64,000 nucleotides of DNA from Heterodontus francisci (taxonomy: Eukaryota), in the NCBI RefSeq assembly GCF_036365525.1, contig NC_090404.1, positions 13,606,550 to 13,670,549 on the forward strand, written 5' to 3'. Below are positions 39,101-52,904 of the stretch, in pieces. The notes under the pieces were generated by a model that did no database searches, was not told the DNA's origin, and was given only the letters and a program-made list of their open reading frames with translations. A program made the position numbers and the translations under genes. The stretch's first letter is position 1, and the number at the start of each line of letters is the position of its first letter.

Positions 39101-40599
39101 CCTGATATAGCACAGGCTAGTCATTCAAACCCCGCTCTGCCCATTCCAGAGCCACCCACCTACCATGGAACAGCTTTCTGAGTCTCAAACCACGTCCCCT
39201 AGGCGTGGAGGAGTCCAAGTGATCATGGTGTGATGCTTACGGGGATGGGGGGTGAGGGGTGGGGGGTGGCTTCTACTATGTCCCAGTGTTCCGAATGGTT
39301 CTTTCCCGGCCCAATCTGAGGTCTCTTCCAATAGGATCCGAGTCTGTATGTACACAATGTTTAAGATCTGAGCAATGCACCTTTGCAGTGACGCTCCAGA
39401 AGGTGGATCAGCTCAGTACCTCTCTATACTTAATTGTTAAAGATCGGAGCAATGTACCTTTGAAAGTAAGAGATGCCCCTCCTGATGGATCAACTCAGTG
39501 CCTGCCTGGTCTCAATGGTTTGAGATCTGAGATTTTTTACCTGTGCAGGTGAGTAAGGTGATCCACGGTGCGTCAGCTAAGTGCCTGTCTACTTTCAATG
39601 GTTAAATATATTATCAATGGAGATGTACAGCTGAGTGAGGGCCCGTCCATAGACCAGCCCTGTGCCCGTCTGTACACTTTGAGAGAGCTTCCCAAATGAA
39701 GAAGGTAGATAAAGGTGAAACTGAGTAAAACGATAGAGAGAAACCAACAGAGGGAGATAGATAAAGGTGAGTCTGAGCACAGTGAGTGATACAGAGAGAC
39801 AACAGCAGAGGGAGCTAGATAAAGGTGAGAGCAATAGAACAAAGTGGCTCAATTCCTGTTCATACATTTTTGTTGACCCTGATTGAAAGGAGAAATGTTG
39901 ACCAGGACACAGCGTGTGGCCATGGGAGCTCTAATGCCCAGATCAACAGACAAGGGTTTGGGGAGGATTTATTGGTTAAGATTTTCCCTGGAAGGATATC
40001 TGCTTTTCAGTATTGCACCGAGTGGAATTCTCCAAAGCCCTGAAAATCTTTCATTATCAAGCAATTATTCAATTCCCTTTCGAAAGTTACAATTAAATCT
40101 GCTTCCATCGCCCTTTCAGGTAATTCATTCCAGGTCATTGCATTAAAAATCTCCTCAACAGCCCCTTCTTCTTTTACCAGTTATCTTAAATCGGTGTGTT
40201 ATGGCTAGCGATACTCCTGCCAGCAGAAACAGCATCTCTCTATCAACACTAACACAACCCTACATAATTTTGAACAACGCTGTTCAATCTCCCTTTAAAC
40301 TTCATATAAAAATAAAATACTGCGGATGCTGGAAATCTGAAACGAAAACAGAAAATGTTGGAAATACTCAGCAGGTGAGGTCGCATCTGCTGTTCTGATG
40401 AAAGGTCACAGATCTGAAACCTTAACTCTGTTTTTATCTCCACAGTTGCTGCCAGTCCTGAGTATTTCCAGCACTTTCTGTTTCTGTGTCCCTTTGAACG
40501 TCTCTGCTCTAAAGAGAACAACCCCAGCTTCTCCAATCTCTCCACTTAACTGAAGTCCTTCATCTGTGGTCCAATTCTATTAAATCTTCTCTGCCCCCT

Positions 40600-43500
40600 C
40601 CCCAAAAACCTGCTTGACCTCACTCTCGCCAATCTGCCTGAAGCAGATGCAGCTGCCCATGACAGTATTGGTAGGAGTGACCACCGCACAGTCTTTGTGG
40701 AGACTAAGTCCCAGCTACACAGCGAGGATGTCGTCCATCGTGTTGTGTGGCACGATCACCATGCTAAATGCGAGAGATTCCGAACACATCCAGCAGCTCA
40801 AAACTGGACATCCATGAGGTGCTGTGGACCATCAGCAGCAGCAGAATTATATTCAACCATAATCTCTAATCTCGTGATCTGACATATCCCTAACTCTACC
40901 ATTACCACCAAGCCAGGGCAATAAACCTTGCTCAATGAAGAGTGCAGGAGAGCAAGCCATGAGCAGCGCCAGGCATATGTAAAATTGAGACTTCAACCTG
41001 GTGAAGATACAATACATGACTATGTGCATGCTGAACAGTGGAAGCAGCATGCGATGGACAGAACAAAGTGATCCCATACACAATAGATCCGATCAAAGCT
41101 CTACAGATGTGCCACATCCAGTTGTGAATAGTGGTGGACAATTAAACAACTAACAGGTGGAGGAGGCTCCACAAGCATCCCCACCTTCAGTGATGAGGGA
41201 GCCCTGGATGTCAGTGCAAAAATCAAAGCTGAAGCATTTGCAACCATCATCAACCAGAAGTGCCTCTTCCTAAGGTCCCCATCATCACAGATGCCGGTCC
41301 TCCACCAATTCGATTCACTCCACGTACTATCAAGAAACGACTCAAGGCTCTGGATAGAGCAAAGACTGTGGGCCCCGACAACATCCCGACAGTCGAACAG
41401 AAGAGTTGTGGTCTAGAATTAGCTGCGCCCCTAGGCAAGCTGTTCTAAGAACAGCTACAACACTGGCACCTACCCGATAATGTGGAAAATTGCCCAGGTA
41501 TGTCCTGTCACAAAAAATCAAGACAAAGTGTTTGGATCATCTAGTTTATGATTTATATTAATACGTTTCAAAGGTTACGTTTAGCTTTGCGGAAATTAAA
41601 TTTGTGAATGTAAGATAGTTGAAACTCTGGAAATTAGAGATTGCCAGACCACCCAAGGTATTTACACTTCAAAAGCATTCTCATGTGTACTTATAGAGTC
41701 AGAATTAGAGGGGTAAGAGCCATAAATCATCAGGTGGACTCGTTTAGTTGGGGAATTGGAGTGAGTAGGTGCTAATAGAATTGCCCTGTGTTCATAAACA
41801 ATGTGAATTGTTCATGTGAGTATTCCGAATCAAAAAGATGTTTCAGAGTTGAAGTTAATTAGCTTAAGTTTCTACCTTGGACATCCCAGCTGTATCACTT
41901 TGCTATGGAGATGGATGATACAGGGAGATGCCTTTTGTTCAGGTGCCTTATCTCTGTGATTGCTCACAGAAGGTTGGTTGGTGTTTGGAAGCAGCTAGAC
42001 CCAGTAGCAAAGGGCTATGAGGAGCCAAGGGTGCTCTCTGATTCGAAGTCACTACGCAAGGATGCGAGTGAGGCCCTTGCTCACTCCGGGGAAAACCAAA
42101 TTCGTGAGGTTGTTCAAGTAGAGCTGGAGGTCGCTTACTTGATGCAAAACAGAGAATCCCCAAGGAACGTCTCACTTCGGAAGATAGCTAGGAAACTAAG
42201 GAGAATCGAAGTAACTTCCTGAGAGCCGTGGTACGCTTCGGATTGGTGTCAGGAGAAGAGAATGATCACTCACGACCATGCAAAGTATAAGGTAACCCTT
42301 GAGTGGAAGTCAAAGTCAAACAGGGAATGTTCTGTTGAAATTTTGAGTTTAACGTATAATACTTCATGTTCTGTTGAGATTTTTGTGTTTTAAGTGATTA
42401 CAAAATATAGAGTTAACTTAGTAGTGCTTGATTTGTTCAGCACATGTACAGCAATTTTTCAAAAATTTAAAGTGTGAAATCTCGTGCTTCAGTTCTTTCA
42501 GTTAATAAGTGGTAATTCAAATTTCTTTAAAAAAGCTACTGGTCTCTAACGGGATAGTGACAAAATTTAATCCAGCTAACTACCACCCCACCAGTCTGCT
42601 CTCGAAAGGCGATGGAAGGTGTCGTCGACAGTACACAGTAATAAGAACGATGCTCAGTTTGGGTTTTGACAAAGTCTGTCGGCCCTTGACATTATTACAG
42701 CCTTTGTTCAAACTTGCACAAAAGAACTGAATTTAAGAGGTGAGGTGAGAGTGACTGCCCTTGACATCAAGGCAGCATTTGATGAGTATGGCATCAAGGA
42801 GCACTAGCCAAACTGAAGTCAATGGGAATCATGGGGAAAACTCTCCAATGGTTTGAGTCATACCTAGCACAAATAATGTGGTTGTGGTTGTTGGAGGTCA
42901 ATCATCTCAGCTCCAGGACATCACTGCAGGAGTTCCTCAGGGTAGTGTCCTAGGCCCAACCATCTTCAGCTGCTTCATCAATGACCTTCCTTCAATTATA
43001 AGGTCAGAAGTGAGGGTGTTCACTGATGATTGCACAATGTTCATCACCATTCGCGACTCTTCAGATACCGAAGCAGTCCGTGCCCTCATGCAGCAAGCCC
43101 TGGACAGCATTCAAGCTTGAGCTGATAAGTAGCAAATAAAATTGGCACCGCACAAGTGCAGTACAATACTGTCTCCAATAACATAGAATCTAACCACCTT
43201 CTCTTGAATTTCTATGGTTTTGCCCATCTGGTTCAATAATGTCCTTGATGGAAGGAAATCTGCCTTCCTTACCCGGTCTAGCCCACATGTGATTCCAGAC
43301 CCACGAAATGTGGTTGACTTTTAAATGCCCTCTGAAATGGCCTAGCAAGCCATTCAGTTCAAGGTCAACTAGGGATGGGCAATGAATGCTGGCCTAGCCA
43401 GCGACGTCCACATCCCACGAACGAATAAAAAAATACCATCGCTGAATCCCCCACCATCAACATCTTGGAGGTTACCATTAACCAGAAACTTAAATGGCAC

Positions 43501-44430
43501 AGCCGTTTAAATACTGTGAGTAGGTCAGAGGCTAGAAATTCTGAGGTGGGTAATTCACCCCCTGACTCCCCAAAGGCTGTCTACCAGGGGCGGCACAGTG
43601 GCGCAGTGGTTAGCACCGTAGCCTGACAGCTCCAGCGACCCGGGTTCAATTCTGGGTACTGCTGTGTGGAGTTTGCAAGTTCTACCTGTGTCTGCGTGGG
43701 TTTCCTCCCACAGCCAAAAAGACTTGCAGGTTGATAGATACCTAGTATAGGTAGGTGGTAGGGGAATATAGGGACAGGTGAGGATGTGGTAGGAATATGG
43801 GATTAGTGTAGGATTAGTATAAATGGGTGGTCAATGGTCGGCACAGACTCGGTGGCCCGAAGGGCCTGTTTCAGTGCTGTATCTCTAAATCTAAATCAAA
43901 AAAATCATACAAGTCAGGGGTGTGATGGAATACTCTCCACTTGACTGGCTGAGTCCAGCTCCAACTCTCAAGAAGCTTGAACCCATTCAGGCCAAAGCAG
44001 CCCACTTGATCGGCACACCATTCACGAACTTAAACATTCACACCCTCCACCACCGACGCACAGTGGGAGCGGTGTGTACCATTTACAAGATGCACTGCAG
44101 CAACTCAGCACGCCTCCTTCGACAGCACCCTCCAAACCCGTGAACTCGTCCACCTAGAAGGACAAGGGCAGCAGACGCATGGAAACACCACCACTTGCAA
44201 GTTCCCCTCCAAGTCACACACAGTCCGCACTTGGAACTATATCGCCGTTCCTTCAATGTCGCTCGGTCAAAATCCTGGAATTCCCTTACTAAAAGCACTG
44301 TGAATGTACAGACACCCGTTGAACTGCTGCGGTTCAAGAAAGCGGCTCACCACCATTTTCTCAGGGGCAATTCGGGATTAGCAACAGTGGCCCTGCCAGC
44401 GACGCCTAAATCCCATGAAAGAATAAAACA
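40600..44430 (+). mobile_element. Long decayed LINE (CR1/L2-like) with nested LTR and SINE insertions
   Basis: AGVPQGSVLGPTIFSCFINDLP..FTDD (42878-43120) and 3'-end ORFs at 43922-44430. Confidence 0.85.
41529..42562. mobile_element. Solo LTR (~1.03 kb) inserted in the LINE
   Basis: Begins TG and ends CA, flanked by aaag/aaat. The LINE sequence (...caagacaaa / ...aatccagctaactacc) resumes across it. Confidence 0.65.
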
Positions 44431-45272
44431 AGTCCCAACTGCAGAGTTCCCTCAATGTCCATTGACCTTCCGAGTGTTGCTTCAATCTGTCACTGCAATT
44501 GGAAACTCTGAATGTTACAGACCTGGAATTCGATCATTACTGAATGGAAACATCATTTTAAATACACACCATAGAAGAGGCAGAAGCAGGAAGCATTTGT
44601 TTAAATGACAGGAGAGTTTATTATTTGTGTATATTGTGTATATCTGCCTGGATATTGACAATATCACTGGACTGTCTCAGATTGTAACCTGACCCTCAGT
44701 TGCTGGACTGGGGGAAGCTGCCGGGTTTGAGGCTCCGTCCTTCAGATCAGACATTTAACTGAGGCCCCGCCAGCCCGTTCAGGGAGATGTTAAAGAATCC
44801 CCGGCACTATTGGAATAAGAGCAGTGAGGGGGGATTCTCCCGGTGTCCTGGGCCCACATTCCACCCTCAACAAACACCACCCAATAAAAACACATGGAGC
44901 GACCTCCCAGCTCATTACTGTGGGGGAAAGGAGGGCGGCAGCTTCTACTGACAGAAACCACGCCCCCCCAGCCCCACCCCCTGTACATCAGACTAATGTG
45001 GGAGGGGATTTCACATCGGCCTCACAAACCCAATGAAACGACAGGAAACTGCAGGTTCCCTCTTTAAACCTGTCGCTTATTCACACAACACACAGCCAGA
45101 GACCAGGGAACCGTGCGGCCCATCAATCATCTCCGGGACACTGTCCTCTGTAAATCAGCTCGACCCCCTGAAGTATTTCAGTCCAGCTCTGAGGTCCAGT
45201 CTCCCAGAGCAGTCCAGGGCTGCAGTCTCCAGTTCCCCGTCATATAAACCATCAGCTCCAGGCAGCAGAACG

Positions 45273-45755
45273 ATGGGAATACTCCTTGTTTTCACCCTGT
45301 GTGTCTGTTTACCCCGTGAGTACCGAACAAACAAACCGACATTGTGTGGATTTAATATAAAGCTGCCCGAGTCCATCCGAATTACAGCCACTGTCTCTGG
45401 TTTTAGCCTCGTTTTGTGTTTCGGCTCTGATGGCCCATTAAACTCTCTGTTTAATTTCCAGGCTCTTTCAGTCAGTCAGTGACACAGACCCCGGCAGATG
45501 TGAGCAGGAAGGAATGTCAGTCTCTCACCATCACCTGTGTTTACAATGGTGGTTATTGGGATTATACTTTCCTAAATGGACATTTCTTCAGACAAACCCA
45601 GACCGGGACAAAGCGGGAGCGGATCTCCGGTGGAGGGCGATTTGATGTGTCGGTGAATAAGGCAGAAAAGACATTTTCCCTGCAAATTGGTGACGTGAGA
45701 GTTGAAGACAGCGCCACCTATTACTGTAAAGCTGATTACGAATACTACTACAACA
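45273..45755 (+). CDS. NAR-TCR V gene (leader 45273-45315, V exon 45462-45755)
   Basis: Leader MGILLVFTLCVCLP. V exon QSVTQTPADVSRKECQSLTITC...HFFRQ...ERISGGGRF...EDSATYYCKADYEYYYN: IgNAR-like short FR2/CDR2, extra FR1 Cys, Phe in place of the conserved Trp. TATA at 45243. RSS CACAGTG (45756), 22 nt, ACAAAAACT. Confidence 0.92.
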
Positions 45756-46118
45756 CACAGTGATGGACCTCGGCTTCCCGCGGTACAAAAACTCTCACTG
45801 CAGATTATCACAGAAACAAATGAAAAAGCGGAGTTAATCTGCCGTTAACCCTCACAGTTCCGCCTCGCACCGTCTCCCCCACAGTCTAGTTTATAATGAG
45901 ATTGGATTATTGCCGTTAACATCTTGAGTTTTATAAATGCCGAGTGTGTGCGGATGGTGATGACATTCCCGGGATTGCTGTCAATGAATGGAGATTGGGA
46001 ATGACTGATCCCAGTTACAAACCCCTAACACCAGATGGGATCCTGTTCTAACTGCTGAAACCGGGAACCGTAGCCCTCAACGTTTCACTAATATCCCCAC
46101 ATCTCACCAAGTACCGGG

Positions 46119-46192
46119 GGATTTTGTGTTGACTTGAAACATTGTGATGACTTCTGGAAAAAGTCACAGTGGATGAGCCCTGAACAAATACA
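46119..46192 (+). other. NAR-TCR D segment with 12/12 RSSs (coding 46147-46164)
   Basis: ggattttgt, 12 nt, cattgtg; ATGACTTCTGGAAAAAGT; cacagtg, 12 nt, acaaataca. Confidence 0.92.
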
Positions 46193-46510
46193 TCTCTACA
46201 GTTAAAATATAATTTCCCCGGGGACGGATCCTGAATTGTAGGGTTGATGTTATTATCACTGTAGTGTGGTTTAATTTTATTGTAATTTCCTCCTTTCTAT
46301 TCTCTTTCACATATTTACCCATTTAGATGAAGCGCGCATCTTCAACCCGCGTTCCTGGGACATTTTCCAAAGAGCTCAGTCTCACAAAGGACAGTTTGAA
46401 CCAACAGGGACTGCGGAACATGGAATATTGCTTATTAATCTAAAATCCATGGAATAATTGGGCAGCGCTGACTATCTGGTGACGTGTGACCGACAGATTA
46501 AGATGTCGGT

Positions 46511-46602
46511 AGTTCTTGTACCGGGGTGACTGAGAACGGTGTCACTGTGTTACGAGACTAGATACGTGGATGGATCCGGGACGGTGGTGACTGTCACAGC
46601 CG
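46511..46602 (+). CDS. NAR-TCR J segment with 23-RSS (coding 46550-46602)
   Basis: agttcttgt, 23 nt, cactgtg. Translation YETRYVDGSGTVVTVTA (DGxG in place of W/FGxG); donor gtaagt. Confidence 0.92.
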
Positions 46603-47299
46603 GTAAGTGACTGCAAACCCCGCCATGTTATAAACTATCTCGGTGAATGTTCACCCTCAGTTTATTTTCGTGATCAATGTCACCTCAATGCCCTGAAATT
46701 AAACAGAGCAGTTTCCTAATGGAGCGTTTCCATTGCAGTTTTCGATTCAGAGCAGACTGTAAACCGAGAGTAGGGTCCAGGCTTGAGTCTGGAGAGATGA
46801 GGTGAGATCCCCACAGAGAAGGCAGCTTGTGGGGTGCTGACCCCATCTGGAACATCACCGGTTTAACGTGGACCTTGGAGAATCCCCAAAACATCCCAGA
46901 CTCTTTCTGACTCTGAGCCACAGTTGGTTTAAATGAGCGCAGATTGTGGACACTCCGGCCTCCGCTCCCGCTGTTCACTGTGACTGAGCACGCTCTGTCT
47001 GTCCCTGTGCGCACGGGAGAGGGTGACAGAGCTTCCTCTGGGGCAGGATATTCCATTCCGAGCCGGGCAGTGTGAATCAGGTACTGGGAGAGTGAATCTA
47101 ACACTACAGCGGTCACTCCGATACCTGCAGCCGCCTATCAGATAGCTGCTGTTAGTCAGGGGACACATTATAATCCCAATGCTAATTTATTAAATTTGAA
47201 AAGATAAGTCAAGGCTGTAGAGCAGAATTCCGATTTGTGTAAAATCCAGTAGTTTGAGACAGGAAGTGACAGATAGTTTAATAATGGAAATAGGGGCGA

Positions 47300-49310
47300 G
47301 AGACGAAGGCTAAATCAGGGGAAAATAGTAAAACGTTAAAATTAAAGGCGCTATATATAACAATGCACGGAACATTCGTAACAAGACAGGTGAATTAATG
47401 GCACAAATATAGATTAATCTATTTGAGCTAGTAACCATTAACGAGATATGGTTACAGGCTGACCAAAGCTGGAAACTAAATATACAGGGATACTTGACTT
47501 TTGGAAAAGCAGGGCCAAATGAAAAAAAAGGAAACGGGGTATGCCTGACAATAAATGATGAGCTAAAGGCACTGGTGACAAATGATGTTAGACCAAACAT
47601 TCAGGATCTAAAATCAGTGTGATGAAGCTACGAAATTTCAAAGTGCAGAAAGGAGCATTTAAAAGCAACCATAGTGTTAGGCAGAGTATAAATCAGCAAG
47701 TTAGAGGAGCATGTAACATGGCGAATGTAAAAATCATGGGGGACTGTAATCTTTATAGAGAGTGGACAAACCAAATTGACAAAAATAGATTGGAGGACGA
47801 GTTTCTGGAATACATTCAAGCCATTCTAGAACAATATGTCGAGGAAACTAACTACGGGATAGATTGTTCTAGATCTAGTGTTTTGTATGGAGACTGTACA
47901 AATTCATAAAGTTAAAGGAAAGGATCCTCTGGCGAAGAGTGATCATAACATGATAGATGTCATATTCAATTTCAGAATAAAGTGGTTAAGCCTGAAACTA
48001 GGACCTTAAATTTGAACAAGGCCAATTAATGAGGGATGAGGTGCCTGCAGGCTGAGTTAGAGTGCGAGATTAGATTAAGATATATAATGGTCGATAAGCA
48101 ATGGCAAAAATTTTAATAAATTATTCCGAATTCCACTGGTAAAGTGGTATAGCCATGGAAAAGCCAATGAAGTTAAGGATAGTATAAGATTAAGATAAGA
48201 AGCTTATAATGTTGCCAGAGTAGCATGCCTGAGGATTGGGAGGGTTTTACAAATCAGCAAAGGATGACCAAAAGAGTAAAGAGGGAGAAAATAGAATATG
48301 AGAGTAAACTAGCAAGAAAATTTTAAAAAAAAGTTTGTAGCAGATTTTACAATCATGCTGAAAGGAATAAGAATAGTGGAAATAAACGTGGGCCCTTGGA
48401 AGCAAAGACAAGAGAAATTATAATTGGGAACGAGGAAATGGCAGACATTTTAAACAGATACCTAGTGTCTGCCTTTACTGTAGAGGTCACGAAGAACATA
48501 ATGGAAATTATGGCGAATCAGGGCTGTAAGATACTGGAAAATTAATGGGAATAAATGCTCAGAAATCCCCTCAAACCGATTGCCCAGGCCTAGGGTTCTA
48601 AAAGATGTATCTGGAGAGATAGTGGAATGATTAGTTTGATCTCAGAATTCTCTAGATTCCAGAACGGTACCCGTGAATTGGAAAGTAGAAAATGTAATCC
48701 CGTGGTTCAAGAAAGGAAGCAGAGAGAAAACAGAGCCAGCTAGCATCAGTCATGCAGAAAATATTAGAACATATTATTAGGGTAATGGTAATAGTGCAAT
48801 TGGAAAATCGTAATTTGATTAGGCAGAATCAACATGCATTTGTGAAAGAGAAATCTATTCGAGATTGTTGAGGTTTCACTCGAAGGGTAGGTACAAGGGA
48901 ACCAGTGGATGCAGTATATTTGGAATTCCAGAAGACATTCGATAACGTGTCACACAGCAGGTTGTTACACAGGATGAGGGCTCGTGGGATTTGGAGTAAT
49001 ATTTTAGCATAGATTTAGGATTTGTTGAGTGACAGGAAATAGAGAGTAGGAGTAAAAAGGCAATTTTTGGGATGACAGTGTGCAACTAGAGGCGTGACAC
49101 AAGGATCTATGTTTGGGCCTTAGCTATTTCCAATCTATATCAGATGAGGGGACCGAATGCAACACATCCAAATTCGCTAACAGCAAAAAGATGAGAGGTA
49201 AAGTAAGTTGTGAGGAGGATGCAAAGGCTCTACAAAGGGATATAGATAGGTTAAGTGAATGGGCAAGAAAGTGGCAGATTAAGGATAATGAGGGAAAGTG
49301 TGAAATTAAT
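47300..49310 (+). mobile_element. Decayed CR1-like LINE (endonuclease to RT)
   Basis: YNNARNIRNK-type endonuclease start; LQRDIDRLSEWARKWQ. Confidence 0.8.
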
Positions 49311-49319
49311 ACACATGTA

Positions 49320-50500
49320 GGATTACATAGGAAATACGGCAGAGAAACAGGCCATTTGACCCAACCAGTCCATGCTGGCCTTTATGCTACTATCTCTCTT
49401 CATCTATACCTATAATCGTGACACTCTATTCCCTTCTCCCTTATTGCGTGTCGAGCTTCCTCTTAAATGCATCTATATCATTCGTTTCAACCTCTCCCTG
49501 TGGTGGCGAGATTCACTTTCTCACTACTCTCTGAGTAAAGGAGTTTCTTCTAAATTCCCTATTGCATTTCTTGGTGACCAACTTATATTCTTCCACACAA
49601 GTGGAAATAATCTCCCTGCATCCACTTTATCAAACCCTTCCATAATTTCAAAGACTTCCATTAGGTTACCCTTCAGACTTCTTTTATCAAGAGAAAAGAG
49701 ACTCAGCCTAATCATCCTTTCCTGATATGTACACCCCCACATTGCTGGTATCATCCTTGTTAATCTTCTCCATACCCTCCCCATTGCCTTCATATACTTT
49801 TTGTATAATATAGCGATCAGAACTGTACACAGTACTCTAAGTGGGTCGTGCCAAGGTTTAGCATAACTTCCCTACTTTATAATTTTATCCCTTCAGAAAT
49901 AAAGCTTAGGGCTTGGTTTGCATTTTTGGTCTTGCTAACCTGTGATGCAACATTTAGTGATTGGTTTATTGGTACTCGGAGATCCTTTTGTCCTCTACCC
50001 AACCTGGACTCACATTTCCAAGCGATAAGTGATTTCCCTATTCTTGCTACCAAAGTGTAATACCTAACATCTATTTGTGCTGAACTTTATTTGCCAATTA
50101 TTTTCCCATTCTGCAAGTGAATTAGTATTCTCCTGTAATATGTTGCAGTCCACCTCAGAACCGAATATACCCCACCCCACCCCACACACACCCCGCCGTA
50201 CATAATTTGGGGTCAAATGTTGAAATTGTGCTTTTGATACCAAAGTCCAATCGTTAATATAACCTGAGAACAGCAGTGACAGCAGTGATCCCAGAACTGA
50301 CTTGTAGAATGCCACTTCTCACTTTCTGCCATTGTCTGAATAAATCATTCCCACGATCTGCTTTCCGTCTCGAAGTCAGCTACCAATTTATTCTGCCACT
50401 AGTTCCTTGACTCCGCATTCTCTTCCCATATTTTTTAGTCCATTATGGGATACCTTATCGAAGACCTTTTCAAAACCTGGATAAATTGCATCTACTGCAT
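49320..50500 (-). mobile_element. CR1-like LINE 3' fragments
   Basis: RRLTRMIP...YQER..RLSLFSL; LAEWENNWQIKF. Confidence 0.75.
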
Positions 50501-52597
50501 TGCTATTTTTACTCTCTCTCCCCCCCTCTCTGTTACCTCCTCATAGGAAAAATGGGAAACTGAATATTTTCAAAAGGTGAGAGAATAGCAAATATTGTTA
50601 TTTAGAAGGATTTGGTGTAACTTGTACAGGAATCACGATCACAGAACGTTGACATGCAGGTACAGCAAGCAATTAGGAAGGGAATTAGTATGTTAGCCTT
50701 TATTGCAAGATCCTTGGAGTATAAGAGTGTGGAAGTCTTGCAGCAATTCTCCAGAGCTTTGTTGAGTCCGAACCTAGTGTAGTAATTGACTGAACATCCA
50801 GAGCCCTCTAGGTTAGACAAGTCCAATGATTCACAACTGTCTGAGTGAAGAAATGTTTCCTGACCACAATCCGAAATGAGTCACTGCTTATCTTCGGACT
50901 TTGACTCTTAGTTCTAGCCTCTCCACATCGGCCATGTGGCCGACTATTGATCATCTCTCATGGTCTTAATAACACCTCAAAACAATTCAGGAGAAACTTC
51001 ATCCCTCGGGCCAGGCGGGAGTTTGGAGTCACCGATCTCAGGACTGTTCAAACTGCAATCCGACGCCGGGAAGTGAGCTTTACTGGAGGGACGGGTTACG
51101 ATTAGACTCCTGACTCTTTCTCTACTTTGTATTTCTAATACCCCTGAGAAAATTCATCAACAGCAATCCACACCTATCTGGAAAGATTGAACAACCTGAG
51201 CCTCTTACCTCTGGAACACAGAAGTCAACGAGGAGACCTGGTGGACAAAATTAAAATGCTAAAGTTGATCGAAAGGGCACAGGTGGAGAAAATGTTTTCA
51301 ATTGTCAGTGAGTTCAGAACAAAGAGCCATAAATATAGTCATTGACCGAACAAGTAAAGACATTAGGAAAAATGTATTTACACAGAGAGAAGTCAGAACG
51401 TGGAACTCGCGGCTACAGGAAGTAGTTTGAGAATATGGCATTGATGCACTTTAGGTGAGGCTTGAAAATAAAGGGGGGAGAAAGGAATCGAGGGACAAAG
51501 AGGTCGGGACGGGAAGGGGTTATTAAAATGGGAGGTCGCGCCTTTGGAGTATAAAATCCGGCATAGACAAGGTGGGCCGAATGGCCTATTCCCGTTTTGC
51601 AGATTCAGGATGATATTAAACTTGGAGAAACTCCGATTTGCGAACAGGGTCGATACTGAGCCAATGGGCTGTGGGAATTGAAATTGTCAGTCAGCCGGAA
51701 GAGCAGGTTCTCAGTAAGTAACAGTAAAACCACTGCGGAAACTGCACAAACTGAACCCAACTGACAACTGAGAGACTTTGGGACAAGTTCCCATGATAGC
51801 AACAAGCGCAACTAGTACAAAATGTGCGACCCAGATGTAGAAATAAAATAAAAATACCCGTATAAATCCAACATTAAAGTGAAACTGAATAAAACGGGCC
51901 CCGTACTGGGGGAAAAAAAACAGAGAGCTTGAGGCAGACCGGAGCTCCCTTGAACTGTGGAACTGTAGTGAAACTCCGATACTCTAATCAAAGATGTTAA
52001 GCGTTACTTCGCTCAATCGCTCTCATGTATCTCACTGCTTTTTGTTGCATCTTGCTGTGCGCAGATAAACATAACACAACCGTGCTACCCTCGGTCAAAC
52101 ATTTCTTTTTGGAGGTTGATTGTCTCCATGAGGAGAGTAAACTTTTAAATTGTTTCCACTGTTTGTCTATCACTAAGAAAAATAGAAGCAGAAATTTAAG
52201 AGTAAGTATAGAATGATACAACACGGAACGAAATAATTCAGCCTATCTTGTCTGTGAAAGAGCTATTCAATTAGTGCCACTCGCCCTGGTCTTCTCCACA
52301 GCCCTAACAATTCCTCCTTCTCCAGTATCTATCCAATTCCCCGTTGAAAGCTGTTATTGAATCTGCTTCCACCGCCTTTTCAGGCTGTGCATTCTGGAGC
52401 ATAAAACCTCGCTGTGTTTAATTAATTTCTTTGCAGCTCCTAATTGGTTCTTTTGCCAATTAAAATGCACAAAGTTCGAACGGGCTTCAAATGAAGAACA
52501 GCATTACCGCGGAAGGGAGAGCTATGATTGTGAATGACAAGTATATCGGGGTAAACAACAACTAAAGACATAATAATATGACATTTTTATCCTGCAG

Positions 52598-52904
52598 ATT
52601 CCAGTTTGCTGGTGTCCCAGAGTACGCCTCCACAAACCTCAGCTGCCGGTGACACCGTTACTTTAAGTTGTGAATATTCAGGTTTCTGTCAGTACACAGA
52701 ACACTGGTACCGTCAGTCCCCAGGGCAGGCTCTGAAATATCTGATTCAGAGACACACATCAGAAGAGAATAAGGAAAACGCTGTCGGGGGACGAATTTCT
52801 GATTCTATCGATCCTGTCGAGAAAATCAGCCGGTTAAACATTGCCAAACTAAAACTGAGGCACTCCGCTGTGTATTACTGTGCACTGAGTCGGCGTGGAG
52901 CTAG
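52598..52904 (+). CDS. TRDV: Leaderless NAR-TCR-supporting TCR V-delta exon
   Basis: Phase-1 acceptor cctgcag. Translation DSSLLVSQ...VTLSCEYSGFCQYTEHWYRQ...HSAVYYCALSRRGA, with an extra CDR1 Cys. No leader exon seen; in phase with the NAR-TCR J donor. Confidence 0.92.

Noticed and set aside
43588-43660. tRNA-like sequence
   Set aside because: It is the tRNA-derived head of a SINE that continues into the SINE body, not a tRNA gene.
45756-45793. NAR-TCR V as a germline-joined VD
   Set aside because: The RSS has a 22-nt V-type spacer and a separate 12/12 D lies downstream.
46976-46982. Extra cactgtg heptamer suggesting a second J
   Set aside because: No nonamer at 12 or 23 nt and no GxG/donor motif after it.
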